From Mobula hypostoma (taxonomy: Eukaryota): 64,000 nt of DNA. Under the pieces are notes generated by a model. The model was given only the letters and a program-made list of their open reading frames with translations. It did not search any database and had not been told where the DNA came from. Of the stretch, positions 12,917 to 24,164 are shown piece by piece. How positions within the stretch are numbered: position 1 is the first letter of the stretch; each line of letters begins with the position of its first letter. The stretch is from NCBI RefSeq assembly GCF_963921235.1, contig NC_086097.1:222210001-222274000 (forward strand), read 5' to 3'. Made by a program: the position numbers and the translations under genes.

Positions 12917-13783
12917 ACATGAAAGAATGTTGGAAATTTATGCTTATACATTTCACTTGTTTCAATCCAATCAGGATATCGATGAAGCATTTCCAGTGTT
13001 TGAAGATGGGAGTAACCATTTATCAATATATAAATTTATTAAGAATTTTCAGTTACTAGTTACTAACATTCAGAAAAAGGGTATTTTAGGAGAAATATTT
13101 AAGTACAGTAGCAGAGATTTATAGCTAAATAAAATATCAGAAGGTCAACTTCTGTTGCAATAAAAAAAACATTCAAGCAGCAGTTAAGAAAAAAAGATGA
13201 GAAATTTTTAAATTACAAATCCATTATTGAACTATCAGAGTTGAAAGAAGATGAATAAAATGAGATTTTATATTAATTTCACAATAAATTCAAAAGTATT
13301 CCAAAATCAATCAACAAAGTGATTCTGCTGTCTATTGACTAGGTTTAATGAGTCAAATGATTAATGACAGATATAAATGCAACATAATTGTGAGCAGTAT
13401 GTACACTTTGGTCTGATATTTCCAGGCTTCACTGGAAATGGCTTCCGAAGGCAGTGCACAATGCAAAACTGGCTGCTACTACAGAGCACATTTATTCCCA
13501 GTTATAGGTAATGGATATCTAGCAGGGTGTTCATTTATACATTATCCTTATATTAAAAAATTATTTAGGGATATGTTGTAACTTTGCACACAGTGATGGT
13601 GTGTAGTGGTTGGGAGGAAGTTTGGGTAAAGGTTGGTTTCACTTTAAAGGACCTGAAACAAAGATCTTGCTGCTCCATCATATATTTTGCCCCTCACAAG
13701 TGTTAACTGCACTACTTATTAATTGAGTTCAATAGAAGGGAACCAAAATAGTGAGTGGATAGCACTAATGAGAAGTACCTTAC

Positions 13784-13878
13784 CCTGCTTAAAGCAGGAG
13801 AATTACCTTGTGGTTCGATAAGATGCTTACAGAAGGAAACATAACTGGAAAATGGTAGAACATGAGAGAGAATGGACT
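13784..13878 (-). CDS. Candidate exon (95 nt, phase 1-0)
   Basis: Acceptor CTTTTTCTTTTG...TTTAATTCAG|A and consensus donor AGG|GTAAGG; frame xSILSHVLPFSSYVSFCKHLIEPQGNSPALSR is compatible with splicing to 11503. Confidence 0.3.
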
Positions 13879-14241
13879 CTGAATTAAACCACAAGCTTAT
13901 ATTCAGCAAAAGAAAAAGGCACAGACAGGGAAGCGGAAGTCACAAACTAGTTATGATACAGGGAGCTCAGTTGAGGATGACTTCTGGTGGGGCTTGGGCA
14001 CACACAGTAGAAAGTTTCATGCACTGACAAGCCTGTGGAATGCTATGCAAACTTTGATCAAGGTTATGTATAGGAGCTAGAATCCATCCACAGTGCTAAT
14101 AGTGGCCACAACCATTTGTATACTTTTGGAGACAATTCTGATGCAGCATCAGAGGCCTGTGTCACAGCAGTAGACACGAAATGGCTGAGAGTTGTAGTGG
14201 AAAATCAAACCATTCAGAATCAGATTTCTTTATCACAAGTA

Positions 14242-14805
14242 CAGTACATCAAAACATTGTGTGCGTCATAATTTTGCACAGATTTTGTCAATGTGGAGTG
14301 GAGAGCAAGTTTGTAAATCTGGCGGAAGAAATGGATGTTGGGAATGGTGAGGGTGGCACACTGCTGGAAGGGTGTGGGGCAGGTGCCAGAGAAGGAGTGC
14401 CAGGGATGGGGTAGTGGCACAGGTGCAGACAAACCCAGCCCTGAGACATTTAGCAGGGTCATTTGATTCTAAACAATAGGTTCAGAGATCAGTACAGAAT
14501 GTCTCTCAGGAGCTTCCCTCTCCCTCCCCTCTCCCTCCCCCCTCCCTTCCCTTTTTCCCAACCATGATTCCTCTCTCCCTTCCCCTTTTCCTAACCATGA
14601 TTCCCCTCTCCCTGCTCCCTTCTCACTCTCAATCCACGATGCAGACCCATATCAGAATCAGATTTATCATCACTCACATATGCCATGGAATTTGTTTCTT
14701 TTTACAGCAGCAGCTGTACAGTGCAATACATAAATTACTACAATACTGTGCAAACATCTTCGGCTCCCTAGCTATATATGTGTCAAAGACATTTGCACAG
14801 TACTA
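14242..14805. mobile_element. Tc1/mariner-type non-autonomous element(s): ~65-bp mini-MITE at 14741-14805 and a decayed copy at ~14242-14282 bracketing ~460 bp
   Basis: TA|CAATACTGTGCAAACATCTT...AAAGACATTTGCACAGTACT inverted ends, same TIR type as the element at 44923-45460. Confidence 0.6.
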
Positions 14806-15780
14806 CAATATAATGACCAGCATTAAATACCTCAGAGTTGTCTAGGAATCCATCTTCTTAACAGATCATAACTGGTAAGGTGCTATTCCAAGGAAAAAAA
14901 ATAAACCTTGCAGGAAATTGTTAATGGCAAAAAAGGCATATGCCATGTTTGCCTTCATAAGTGTGGAACTGAATATAACGGCTAGAGTGTTATGTTACAG
15001 TGAGCTGCATTTCTATTATTACATCATGTGATCCAAACTACAGCATGGTTTAAAAATGCTTCTACAAAGATGATGTTCTATTACTGTGAATTTCTGTCCA
15101 CCATGAGATCAGTTTCATTTTACACAATTTGTGAGGTCATTGCTAATGATGCCAGAAGAATTTTTTTTAATTGATCACAGGAATGGGCCTCATTCTAGTT
15201 CCTCTGCTAATGTATTTTCTCTTCATTATAAATTAGCCTCGAAATTCCATTTGTCACATAATTTTGCAAAGTTGACAACAAAAATAAATGAGAATGTCAA
15301 TGCAACCCATTAGTCCCATACTTGTTACACCCTTGCTGTGAATGACCAACAATTCAAAAGCCACATATGAGCATACAAACACATTGCACTGAAAAAGGCA
15401 GCATTATACAGAACAATTTCTAACCACAGATATTGTCAGAGAACCATTTTGGGATGTGGCTAGTACTGGAAAGATGGACACCTTTTATCCTTCCATAGAT
15501 GTTTTGTAGAACTGAATAGTTTGCTTTGATATAAACTCATCCATCACTGATTTAAATTAACTTCAATTACTTACATTGACATTGTGTGGTTTGGAATCTT
15601 AGATTATCTAATCTCCAGGTTAGTAGTCAGGTAAAAGACCATTTTGCAAAAAAATTGTCTCTGTTCAAGCCTGGCAGACAATTTGTGGTGTTAGACCTGG
15701 GTTTGCAATGGGAATAGTCTCGTGTAAATTATTTACATAACCAACTAAAATACTACTTATTTAACATTTTCTGCTTGATT

Positions 15781-15992
15781 GGCCAGTGGTATAGATGCAT
15801 CAGCATTGGACTTTGAGGCGGATCCTGAGTTTGAATCCGGCCAGGTCCCAAACTGGTCAGCAGCAGTACCTGTGCAGAAGTAAGGGCTGATAATCTAATT
15901 CCATATCTTGCCACAAAAACCCTATGGACAACTAAACTATCCATAGGGTTGTCATGAGTCAACGACAACTCGACAGCACTCAACAACAACAA
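15781..15992 (+). mobile_element. tRNA-derived SINE with RTE-like 3' tail ending in (CAA)n
   Basis: A-box-like 5' end; B box GAGTTTGAATCC; tail CCATAGGGTTGTCATGAGTCAACGACAACTCGACAGCAC(CAA)n resembles RTE/BovB 3' ends. Confidence 0.75.
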
Positions 15993-16060
15993 TTTGATTA
16001 TAAAGAGTAGAAGTACCCTGAGGGCAAGTGATCATAATATGATCAAATTCACCTTGAAAT

Positions 16061-17065
16061 ACTTCAAGACCCCATATCAGGAAAAATATAAAGATACAAA
16101 TGTGATGTGTTGGAGAAGGTGCGGCTCCAAGGAGGCAAATCATTTTCATATTTTCTGGGATTGCCCTAAATTAAGTCTATTTTGGGAAGGTATTCATAGA
16201 ACATTAGTTAAGGTACTTAGGTCCCAGATACCTCTGAACTTTGAGACGCTCTATTTGGGGCATGTATTGTTCCTTGAACAGAAGGAAGATATAAAGTTGC
16301 TGCAGGCCCTCTTAGCGGCAAGTAAGAAATCAATCACTAGAAAATGGCTAAATCCAATACCACCTACATTAGAAGATTGGTACGAAATTATCTTGGAAAT
16401 ATTTAAAATGGAAAAGTTGACCTACTCCCTGAGAACTCAAAAAGAAACATTTTATCAAATCTGGAATAAATGGATTGAATATATAACCCCAATGCGAGCA
16501 GACTTTAGATGACTCTCCTAATGATTTATATTGCTCTTCTCATCAACACAGTAATATTGCTAACGTAAGCACCCCTAGTCTAAATGTTTGTTGTTTTTTT
16601 TTGGAAAATAGAGAATTATCACAAGTAAAGGGAAAGATTTGGGAAAGGGATAAAAAAAATGAAAAAATTAAGTAAGTAAGTACATAGGGATTGGATAATT
16701 ATGTCTGCGGGCAGGAACAAGCACGAACAAATTGGGATATAAACACCTACAATGGTTGGTATATAGGCTTGTATGCAACATTTTGGACCAGTGGAAATGG
16801 TCCAGAAGGGTTGTATGGAAACTATTATCACCATTTTTCTTAACAACTAATTTCATTACTTAGCCTAATAGGTTAGATTTACCACAGTACATAATTATCT
16901 ATTTAAATGTTTATTTTGCTTTTATATCATCTCAATGTGTACTTAAGAATGTATAAATAATTGTAGTTTTATACATATAAAAAAATGGAAAAGGTTATAT
17001 GTGTGAAAAAAGTACATGATAATTGTGAACTCCTTATCCAAATAAAAATAAAATTTAAAAAAAAA
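16061..17065 (+). mobile_element. L1-clade 3' fragment (second family) with poly(A)
   Basis: Open ORF2 C-terminus CWRRCGSKEANHFHIFWDC to stop at 16512; AATAAA near 17041 plus A-tail; GAAAT repeated at 16056-16060 and 17066-17070 (possible TSD). Confidence 0.9.
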
Positions 17066-17619
17066 GAAATTTGAGAAGGAGATGCTAACATCAGATGTAT
17101 CAGTATTACAGTGGAATAAAGGGAATTACAGAGCCATGAGACAGGAGTTGGCCAGAATTGATTAGCAGGGATGATGGCAGAGCAGCAATGGGTGGAATTT
17201 CTGGAAGCGATTCAAAAGGCATAGTATAAATACATCCCAAGGAGGAAGAAGTATTCTAAAGGAAAAATGACGCAACAGTCGCTAACAAGAGAAGGCATAT
17301 AATAGAACAAAAATTAGTGGGAAGTCAGAGGATTGGGAAGCTATTAAAAACCAACAAAAGACAAGTGAAAAAGTCATTAAGAAGGTAAAGATGGAATGTG
17401 AAAGTAAGCTAGCCAATAATATTAAAGAGGTTGCCAAAAGGTTCCTCAGATAAAGAAGTGTAAAGGAGAGGCAAGATTTGACCATTGGAAAATGATGCTG
17501 GAGAGGTAGTTATGGGGGAGAAGGAAATGGAAGACTAGTATTTTGCATCAGTCTTCACTGAGGCAAAACACTAGCACCTCCAGGTGTTAGGAGGCATGAA
17601 GTATGTGAAGTTACCATTA

Positions 17620-18283
17620 GTTCACATATTTCAAGGAAGGAGGAGAAGATGGCGGCATGACGCAGCGCGTGCGGCCGTTCCGAATGAATATCGAATGTAT
17701 AACTAGGGGGCAGTGCACAATCTGGATTTGATTGAGACAGCCATGAGAAGCACAGGGGAACACCTGGAGTAACTTCTGAAATGCCTGCTTCGCTGCCGCT
17801 GCTACTGTGCAATGGAGAATCTCTGGAGAAGAAGGCCCCAAATCCTTGGCTTTGCCTATTGCCCATTACCAGGGCCAGGGTCGAAGCATTCGGCAGAGAT
17901 GGTGCTCGGTGCTCGGTGCTCGGTGTCAGAGAGCTGGTCGGAGGCTCAAAGTTTTCGGACGGACTCAGAGTCGGACTGTGGTTGGATGCTTCCAGTATGC
18001 TGCATCGGCAAGTTGGCGGTGCTGGAGGTTTACCGTCTGCGTGAGATGATGGGACTTTCAAGAGACTTTGAGACGTTTACCGTGCCATGGTCTGTTCTTA
18101 TCAAATTACAGTATTGCTTTGCTCTGTTGTAACTATATGTTATAATTATGTGGTTTTTGTGAGTTTTTAAGTCATGTGTTTTCCTGATATCATTCTGGAA
18201 AAACATTGTATCATTTCTTAATGCATGCATTACTAAATGACAATAACAGAAGACTGCGTGTCCTCATAATCTAATCTAATCTA
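17620..18283 (+). mobile_element. Non-autonomous non-LTR retroelement with CpG-rich 5' end (AAGATGGCG) and (AATCT)n tail
   Basis: Interrupts CR1 collinearity; ends in TAATCTAATCTAATCTA; no recognisable protein. Confidence 0.6.
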
Positions 18284-18995
18284 ACTAGGCAGTAGTTAAT
18301 GGGAAACTGAAAGATCTGAAGGTAGATAAGTCATTGGACCAGACCCCAGGGTTCTGAAAGAAGTGACTGAAGTGGGTTGGATGCATTAGTATTTAGAATC
18401 ACTAGATTCTGGAATAGTTCAAGAAGACTGCAAGATTGCAAATGTCACTCCACTCTTCCAGAAGGAAGAGAAGCAGAAGAAAGGAAACTATGGGCCAGTT
18501 GGTCTGACCTCAGTGGGTGGGAAGATGTTGGAGTCAATGATGAAGAATGAGGTCTCAGAGTACTTGCAGGCACATGTTAAAATAGGCCCTGGTCAGCATG
18601 GTTTCCTCAAGAGAAAATCCTACCTAGCAGTTCTGTTGGAACGCTTTGAAGAAATAACAAGCAGAATAGACAAAGAAGAATCGGTGGATGTTGCTGAAGG
18701 CCCCAGAAAAGGTGCCACACTTGAGGCTGCTAAACAAGCTACAAGCCCATGCTATTACAGGAGATATTCTAGCATGGGTAAAGCAGTGGCTGATTGGCAG
18801 GAGGCAAAGAGTGACAATAAAGTGAGTCTTTTCAGGTTGGCTACTGGTGAGAAGTGGTGTTCCACAGGGGTCTGTGTTGGGACCAATTCTCTTTACGTTA
18901 TATGTCGTTGTTGCAAAGTTTGCAGGCAACGTGAAGATAGCTGAAGGAGCAGGTAGGTTTGAGGAAGTAGAGAGGCTCCAGAACGACTTCGGCAG

Positions 18996-19994
18996 ATCAG
19001 AAGCAGAATCAGGTTTATTGTCACCGGCATGTGACATGAAATTTGTTAACTTAGCAGCAGCAGTTCAATACAATACATAATCTAGCAGAGAAAAAAAAAT
19101 AAAATAAAAGTAATAATAATGATAAATAAACAAGTAAATCAATTATGTATATTGAATAGATTTTTTTTAATGTGCAAAAACAGAATCACTGTATATTAAA
19201 AACGTGAGGTGGTGTCCAAAGATTCAATGTCCATTTAGGAATTGGATGGCAGAGGGGAAGAAACTGCTCCTGAATCACTGAGTGTGTGCCTTCAGGCTTC
19301 TGTATCTCTGACCTGATGGTAACGGTGAGAAAAGGGCATGTCCTGGGTGCTGGAGGTCTTTAATAATGGACACTGCCTTTCTGAGACACTGCTCCCTAAA
19401 GATGTCCTGGGTACTTTGTAGGCTAGCAACCAAGATGGAGCTGACTAGATTTACAACCTTCTGCAGCTTCTTTTGGTCCTGTGTAGTAGCCCCTCCATAC
19501 CAGACAGTGATGCAGCCTGTCAGAATGCTCTCCACAGTACAACTATGGAATTTTTTAAGTGTATTTGTTGACATTTCAAATCTCTTCTAATAAAGTATAG
19601 CCGCTGCCTTACCTTCTATATAATTACATCGATATGTCAGGACCAGGTTAGATCCTCAGAGATCTTGACACCCAGGAACTTGAAACTGCTCACTCTCTCC
19701 ACTTCTGATCCCTCTATGAGGATTGGTATGTGTTCCTTCGTCTTACATTTCCTGAAGTCCACACAGTCATGTGTATATACAGAGTAGAGCACTGAACTAA
19801 GCACACACCCCTGAGGTGCGCCAGTGTTGATCGTCAGCGAGGAGGATATGTTATCACCAATCCACACAGATTTGCGGTCTTCTGGTTAGGAAGTCAAGGA
19901 TCCAATTGCAGAGCGAGGTACAGCGGCCCAGGTTCTGCAGTTTCTCAATCATTTAATGATTGAGAATGATGGTATTAAATGCTGAGCTATAGTC
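18996..19994 (-). mobile_element. Rex1/Babar-type LINE 3' fragment
   Basis: Reverse ORFs GAPQGCVLS..YTHDC, FKFLGV.ISEDLTWS, ESILTGCITVWYG and HPGHALFSPLPSG.RYRSL; CTGATTCTG-like tail. Confidence 0.88.
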
Positions 19995-21947
19995 TTAGGA
20001 GAATGGGGAAAGAAATCGCAGATGGAATATAGTGTCATAATGAGTATGGTAGAAGAATCAAAAAGGTTGACTATTTTCTGAATGGAAAGAAGGTACAAAA
20101 ACTGACTTGCAGAAGGACTTGGAAGCCCTTGTGTAGGATTCCCTAAAGGTTAGTTTGTAGGTTGAGTCTGTGGTGAGGAAGGCAAATGCAATCTTGGCAT
20201 TCATTTCAAGAGGACTAGAATATGGAGGTAATGTTGAAACTTTATAAAGCACTGGTGAAGCCTCATTTGGAGTATTGTGAGCGGGTTTGGGCCCTTTATT
20301 TTAGGAAGGATGTGCTGAAACTGGAGAGGGTTCAAAGGAGGTTCACAAAAATGATTCCAGGATTGAATGATTTGTCATATGAAGAGTGTTTAATGGTTCT
20401 GGCCCTCTGCTCACTGGAATTCAGAAGAATGAGGGGTGACCTCACCAAAACCTTTCAAATAGTAAAAGGGCTTAATAGAGTGGATCTGGAGAGGATGTTT
20501 AATATGGTGGGCGAGTCTAAGATCAGAGGGCACAGCCTCAGAATAGAGGAATGTTCTTTTAGAATGGAGATGAGGAATTTCTTGGCCGGAGAGTGATGAA
20601 TTCTTTGCCACAGACAGCTGTGGAGGCCAAGTCTGGAGTAAAAACAAAAGTGCTCTCCTCTTGGTCTTTACTACAGTTATCTCACAGACTTTACAATCCT
20701 TTAGCCCCTTTAATACATCTGCAGCTGTAACAGAGGCAGTGAGCCCATTGCAATATACGTTATTTTCCTTGAGATCAGCTCATGGGATTTTGCATGTTGA
20801 TATTCCACAGTTGCATGCATGTTTGAGAGGTGGTATTTCACGAGCATGAAGTTTAAACCATCTCCTGTAAGTTAAAAGAGAATTGCATTAACAATACTTC
20901 AGTTAAATTGTACAAAAAAGACTATTTCCTTTTACTGATAAAAGGTAAAATAAAACTGCAGGTAAACTAAGATGCAAAAGGAGAGGGACTGATCATGAAA
21001 TAAATAACTAGGATCAAGTAAAATGCAAACTTTACTTCTCTCTTATTTTGTCCTTATGAGACTAAAATTTCACTGTGGGATATTAGCATGTGAACACATT
21101 TCTCATTTCAGTAGAGGCATGAGCTTAACAGATGTCTCTGCTGAAATGAGTTCAATTGTATTGTATTGTATTGAAATGAGAATTGTATTAAGCAATCTAA
21201 AGTTGGTATTGTAATTTCAAGGCCGATGAAACTCATACGTTTCCTGTCTTTTGTTTTTTAATAGCAGTTTATCAAATATAAACTCATATCAATTTCGACC
21301 TTGCTCAAAAATAACTAAAATTATAGTGTGATACATTAACACAACATTAAGGATAACAGCTGCTCTGGGAGTCAATTACATCCCTGTAACTCTCTTTACC
21401 AGAAGGCTCGCTTTACGTAGCATGAAATATTTAGCCTCATTCATATTCAGATTTGTAGATTTTTAAAATGTGATCCAGTGTTTACTGAATCTGCAACTGC
21501 TTTTAGACCACTGCATGTAAGTTTAATTATGAAGGAAGCACAGCAGCACCTCTACTTCCTTAAGAGTTTGCGAAGATTCTGCATGACATCTAAAACTTTG
21601 ACTAACTTCTACAGATGTGTGGTGGAGAGTGTATTGACTGGCTGCATCACAGCTTGGTATGGAAACACCAATGCCATCGACCGGAAAATCCTACTAAAAG
21701 TAGTGGGGATGACCCAGTCCATCTCAGGTGAAGTCCTCCCCACCATTGAGCACACCTTCATGAAGCATTGTCAAAGGGACGCCGCACCCATCATCAGGGA
21801 GCCCCACCACCCGGGTCATGCTCTCTTCTCACTGCTGCCATCAGGAAAAAGGTACAGGAGCCTCAGGACTCATACAGAAACAGTCATTTACTCTCAGCCA
21901 TCAGGCTCTTGAACCAAAGGAGATAACTTCACTCAAGGAAGAGGTAC

Positions 21948-21983
21948 AGTCGACATTTCGGGCCGAGACCCTTACTCAAGACT
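21948..21983 (-). ncRNA. Degenerate hammerhead ribozyme motif
   Basis: Reverse strand AGTC-TTGAGTA-AGGGTCTCGGCCC-GAAA-TG-TC-GACT; catalytic core mutated. Confidence 0.6.
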
Positions 21984-22979
21984 AACTGAAAGAAGAGCGA
22001 GTAAGGGATTTGAAAGTGGGAAGGGGAGGGGGAGATCCAAAATGATAGGAGAAGACAGGAGGGGGAGGATGGAGCCAAGAGCTGGACAGGTGATTGGCAA
22101 AAGGGATATGAGAGGATCATGGGACGGGAGGCCCAGGAAGAAAGAAAAGGGGGAAGGGAGAGAAAAAGCCCAGTTTGGGCAAGGGGTATAGTGAGAGGGA
22201 CAGAGTGAGAAAAAGGAGAGAGAGAAAAAGAATGTGTGTATATAAATAAATAATGGATGGGGTACGAGGGGGAGGTGGGGCATTAGCGGAAGTTTGAGAA
22301 GTCAATGTTCATGCCATCAGATTGGAGGCTACCCAGACGGAATATAAGGTGTTGTTCCTCCAACCTGAGTGTGGCTTCATCTTTACAGTAAAGGAGGCCG
22401 TGGATAGACATATCAGAATGGAAATGAGACGTGGAATTAAAATGTGTGGCCACTGGGAGATCCTGCTTTCTCTGGCAGACAGAGCGTAGGTGTTCAGCGA
22501 AATGATCTCCCAGTTGGCCCTGAATGGTCCGAGTGCTACACATGCCCTTACACTTCCTCCCTCACCACCATTCAGGGCCCCAGACAGTCCTTCCAGGTGA
22601 GGCGACACTTCACCTGTGAGTCGACTGGGGTGATATACTGCGTCCGGTACTCCCGAAGAGGCCTTCTATATATTGGCGAGACCCGACACCCCCTCGTACC
22701 CCATCTGTTATTTATTTATATATACACATTCTTTTTCTCTCTCTCCTTTTTCTCACTCTGTCCTTCTCACTATACCCCTTACCCATTCTCTGGGCTTTTT
22801 TCCCCCTTCCCCCTTTTCTTTCTCCCTAGGCCTCCTGTCCCATGATCCTCTCATATCCCTTTTGCCAATCACCTGTCCAGCTCTTGGCTCCATCCCTCCC
22901 CCTCCTGTCTTCTCCTATCATTTTGGATCTCCCCCTCCCCCTCCCACTTTCAAATCTCTTACTAACTCTTCCTTCAGTT

Positions 22980-23015
22980 AGTCCTGACGAAGGGTCTCGG
23001 CCTGAAACGTCGACT
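22980..23015 (+). ncRNA. Minimal type I hammerhead ribozyme, intact core
   Basis: AGTC-CTGACGA-AGGGTCTCGGCCT-GAAA-CG-TC-GACT: stem I AGTC/GACT, CUGANGA and GAAA core, palindromic ACGT stem III, GUC cleavage triplet. Confidence 0.85.
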
Positions 23016-24164
23016 GTACCTCTTCCTAGTGATGCTGCCTGGCCTGCTGCGTTCACCACCAACTTTTATGTGTGTTGCTTGAAATTCCAGCAGCTGCAGA
23101 TTTCCTCGTGTTAACTTCACTCAACTTCACTTTCCCCATCCTTGAAATGTTTCCACAACCTATGCGCACCCAAGTTGGTGTGTTCTTTCATTCTATTGAT
23201 TCTATTATGGTGATTACTGTATTATGGATTTACTGAGTATGCACACAAGAAATGAATCTCAGGGTTGTATATGGTGACGTATGTGTACTTTGATAATTAA
23301 TTTACTTTGAACTTTGAACAATATAAAGGAAACATTGTAGTTATTAGCTATTGTGACATCATTAGAAAGATTTCCTATGCTAACTATTATTGTGGGCAAT
23401 AATAATTGCAACTATCTTGTTGCAATTTCACGACAATCGGCAAACACAACAGCTTTTACTTCCTGCATCAAGATGCCCAGTGAAGTTGTAATTTGGTTTC
23501 CTTCTCTTCAGTACCAAGTTTTACTAGTGATAACAAATCACGAAATTTGGTAGGGGAGACTAACAAAAATTTTCTTCTGGACATCTGGCTTAGGCACTGT
23601 ATGTGGATTTCCTGACATCTACTCAGAAAAACTGATGGAGCTATAAATATTAATAATTTGGCAACAACACTGAAGTTAATTGGGAGAGATGTTTTAGCAT
23701 TGCTACCATTGTGATACATTTAGGGTACATTTATTGCTTTTGTCCAGACAAATCCTTAAATTTCAAGCTTAACATTCTATCCACGGACCATTGGCAGTGA
23801 GGGTGGGCTCAACTTGGATTACCAAGCAAGGATTTAAAAGCCGTATTCAAACTGAAGATGAAGCCTGCTGGCTGTTCATTCACTGAATGGATCAAAACCT
23901 GTAGGAGCTGATTCTAACATCAGTGATCGAATTGTTTGGGACAACTAGAAGATATTATGTGCACTAAAAGAGAGTGCTTTGGCATTTTGATGTCAACCCA
24001 ATGATGGTCACCTTTAGCCCAAGCACACCAGAAAGCATGCAAGAAACTTAGTTTAGAGAAGTAGGTTGTCAATTACAATATGTGATTTATTAAAAATCCA
24101 GTTAATTGGGCCATTGGTTAATCGGGCAGCCGTTTATTTGAGATAACTCTTAAAGTCTTTACTA

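Larger units (their letters stand above)
15995..20635 (+). mobile_element. Decayed CR1 ORF2 interrupted by three younger insertions (L1 fragment, non-autonomous retroelement, Rex1)
   Basis: SDHNMI at ~16030; CR1 sequence resumes at ~17066, ~18284 and ~19995; PQGSVLGP (18847 ORF) and KPHLEYC (20222 ORF). Confidence 0.85.
21937..23111. mobile_element. Penelope-like element (GIY-YIG endonuclease fragments, inverted terminal repeats), 13-bp TSD
   Basis: Plus strand CYTCPY...GVIYCVRYSRRGLLYIGETR; minus strand FAEHLRSV...VATHFN...LEEQHLIFRLGSLQSDGMN; TSD TAACTTCACTCAA at 21924-21936 and 23112-23124. Confidence 0.9.
21510..23319 (+). mobile_element. Rex1/Babar 3' fragment split by a Penelope-like insertion
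   Basis: ORF 21478-21912 (AQQHLYFL, ESVLTGCITAWYG, LLPSGKRYRS); 3' UTR resumes at 23112 and ends in TTTGAACTTTGAAC. Confidence 0.88.

Noticed and set aside
12960..13020. Possible plus-strand exon encoding DIDEAFPVFEDG
   Set aside because: Weak donor and no supporting neighbouring exons
20710..20864. Exon after a strong minus-strand acceptor (one frame begins RWFKL, PH-domain-like)
   Set aside because: All frames reach stops before a convincing donor; no phase match to the 13878 candidate
23490..23555. Plus-strand 38-nt micro-exon (TTCCTTCTCTTCAG...TTG|GTAGGG)
   Set aside because: Isolated, opposite strand to the other candidates, no recognisable product
24085..24155. Possible DNA-transposon (Tigger-like) terminal fragment
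   Set aside because: Only one end visible; no TIR pair or TSD
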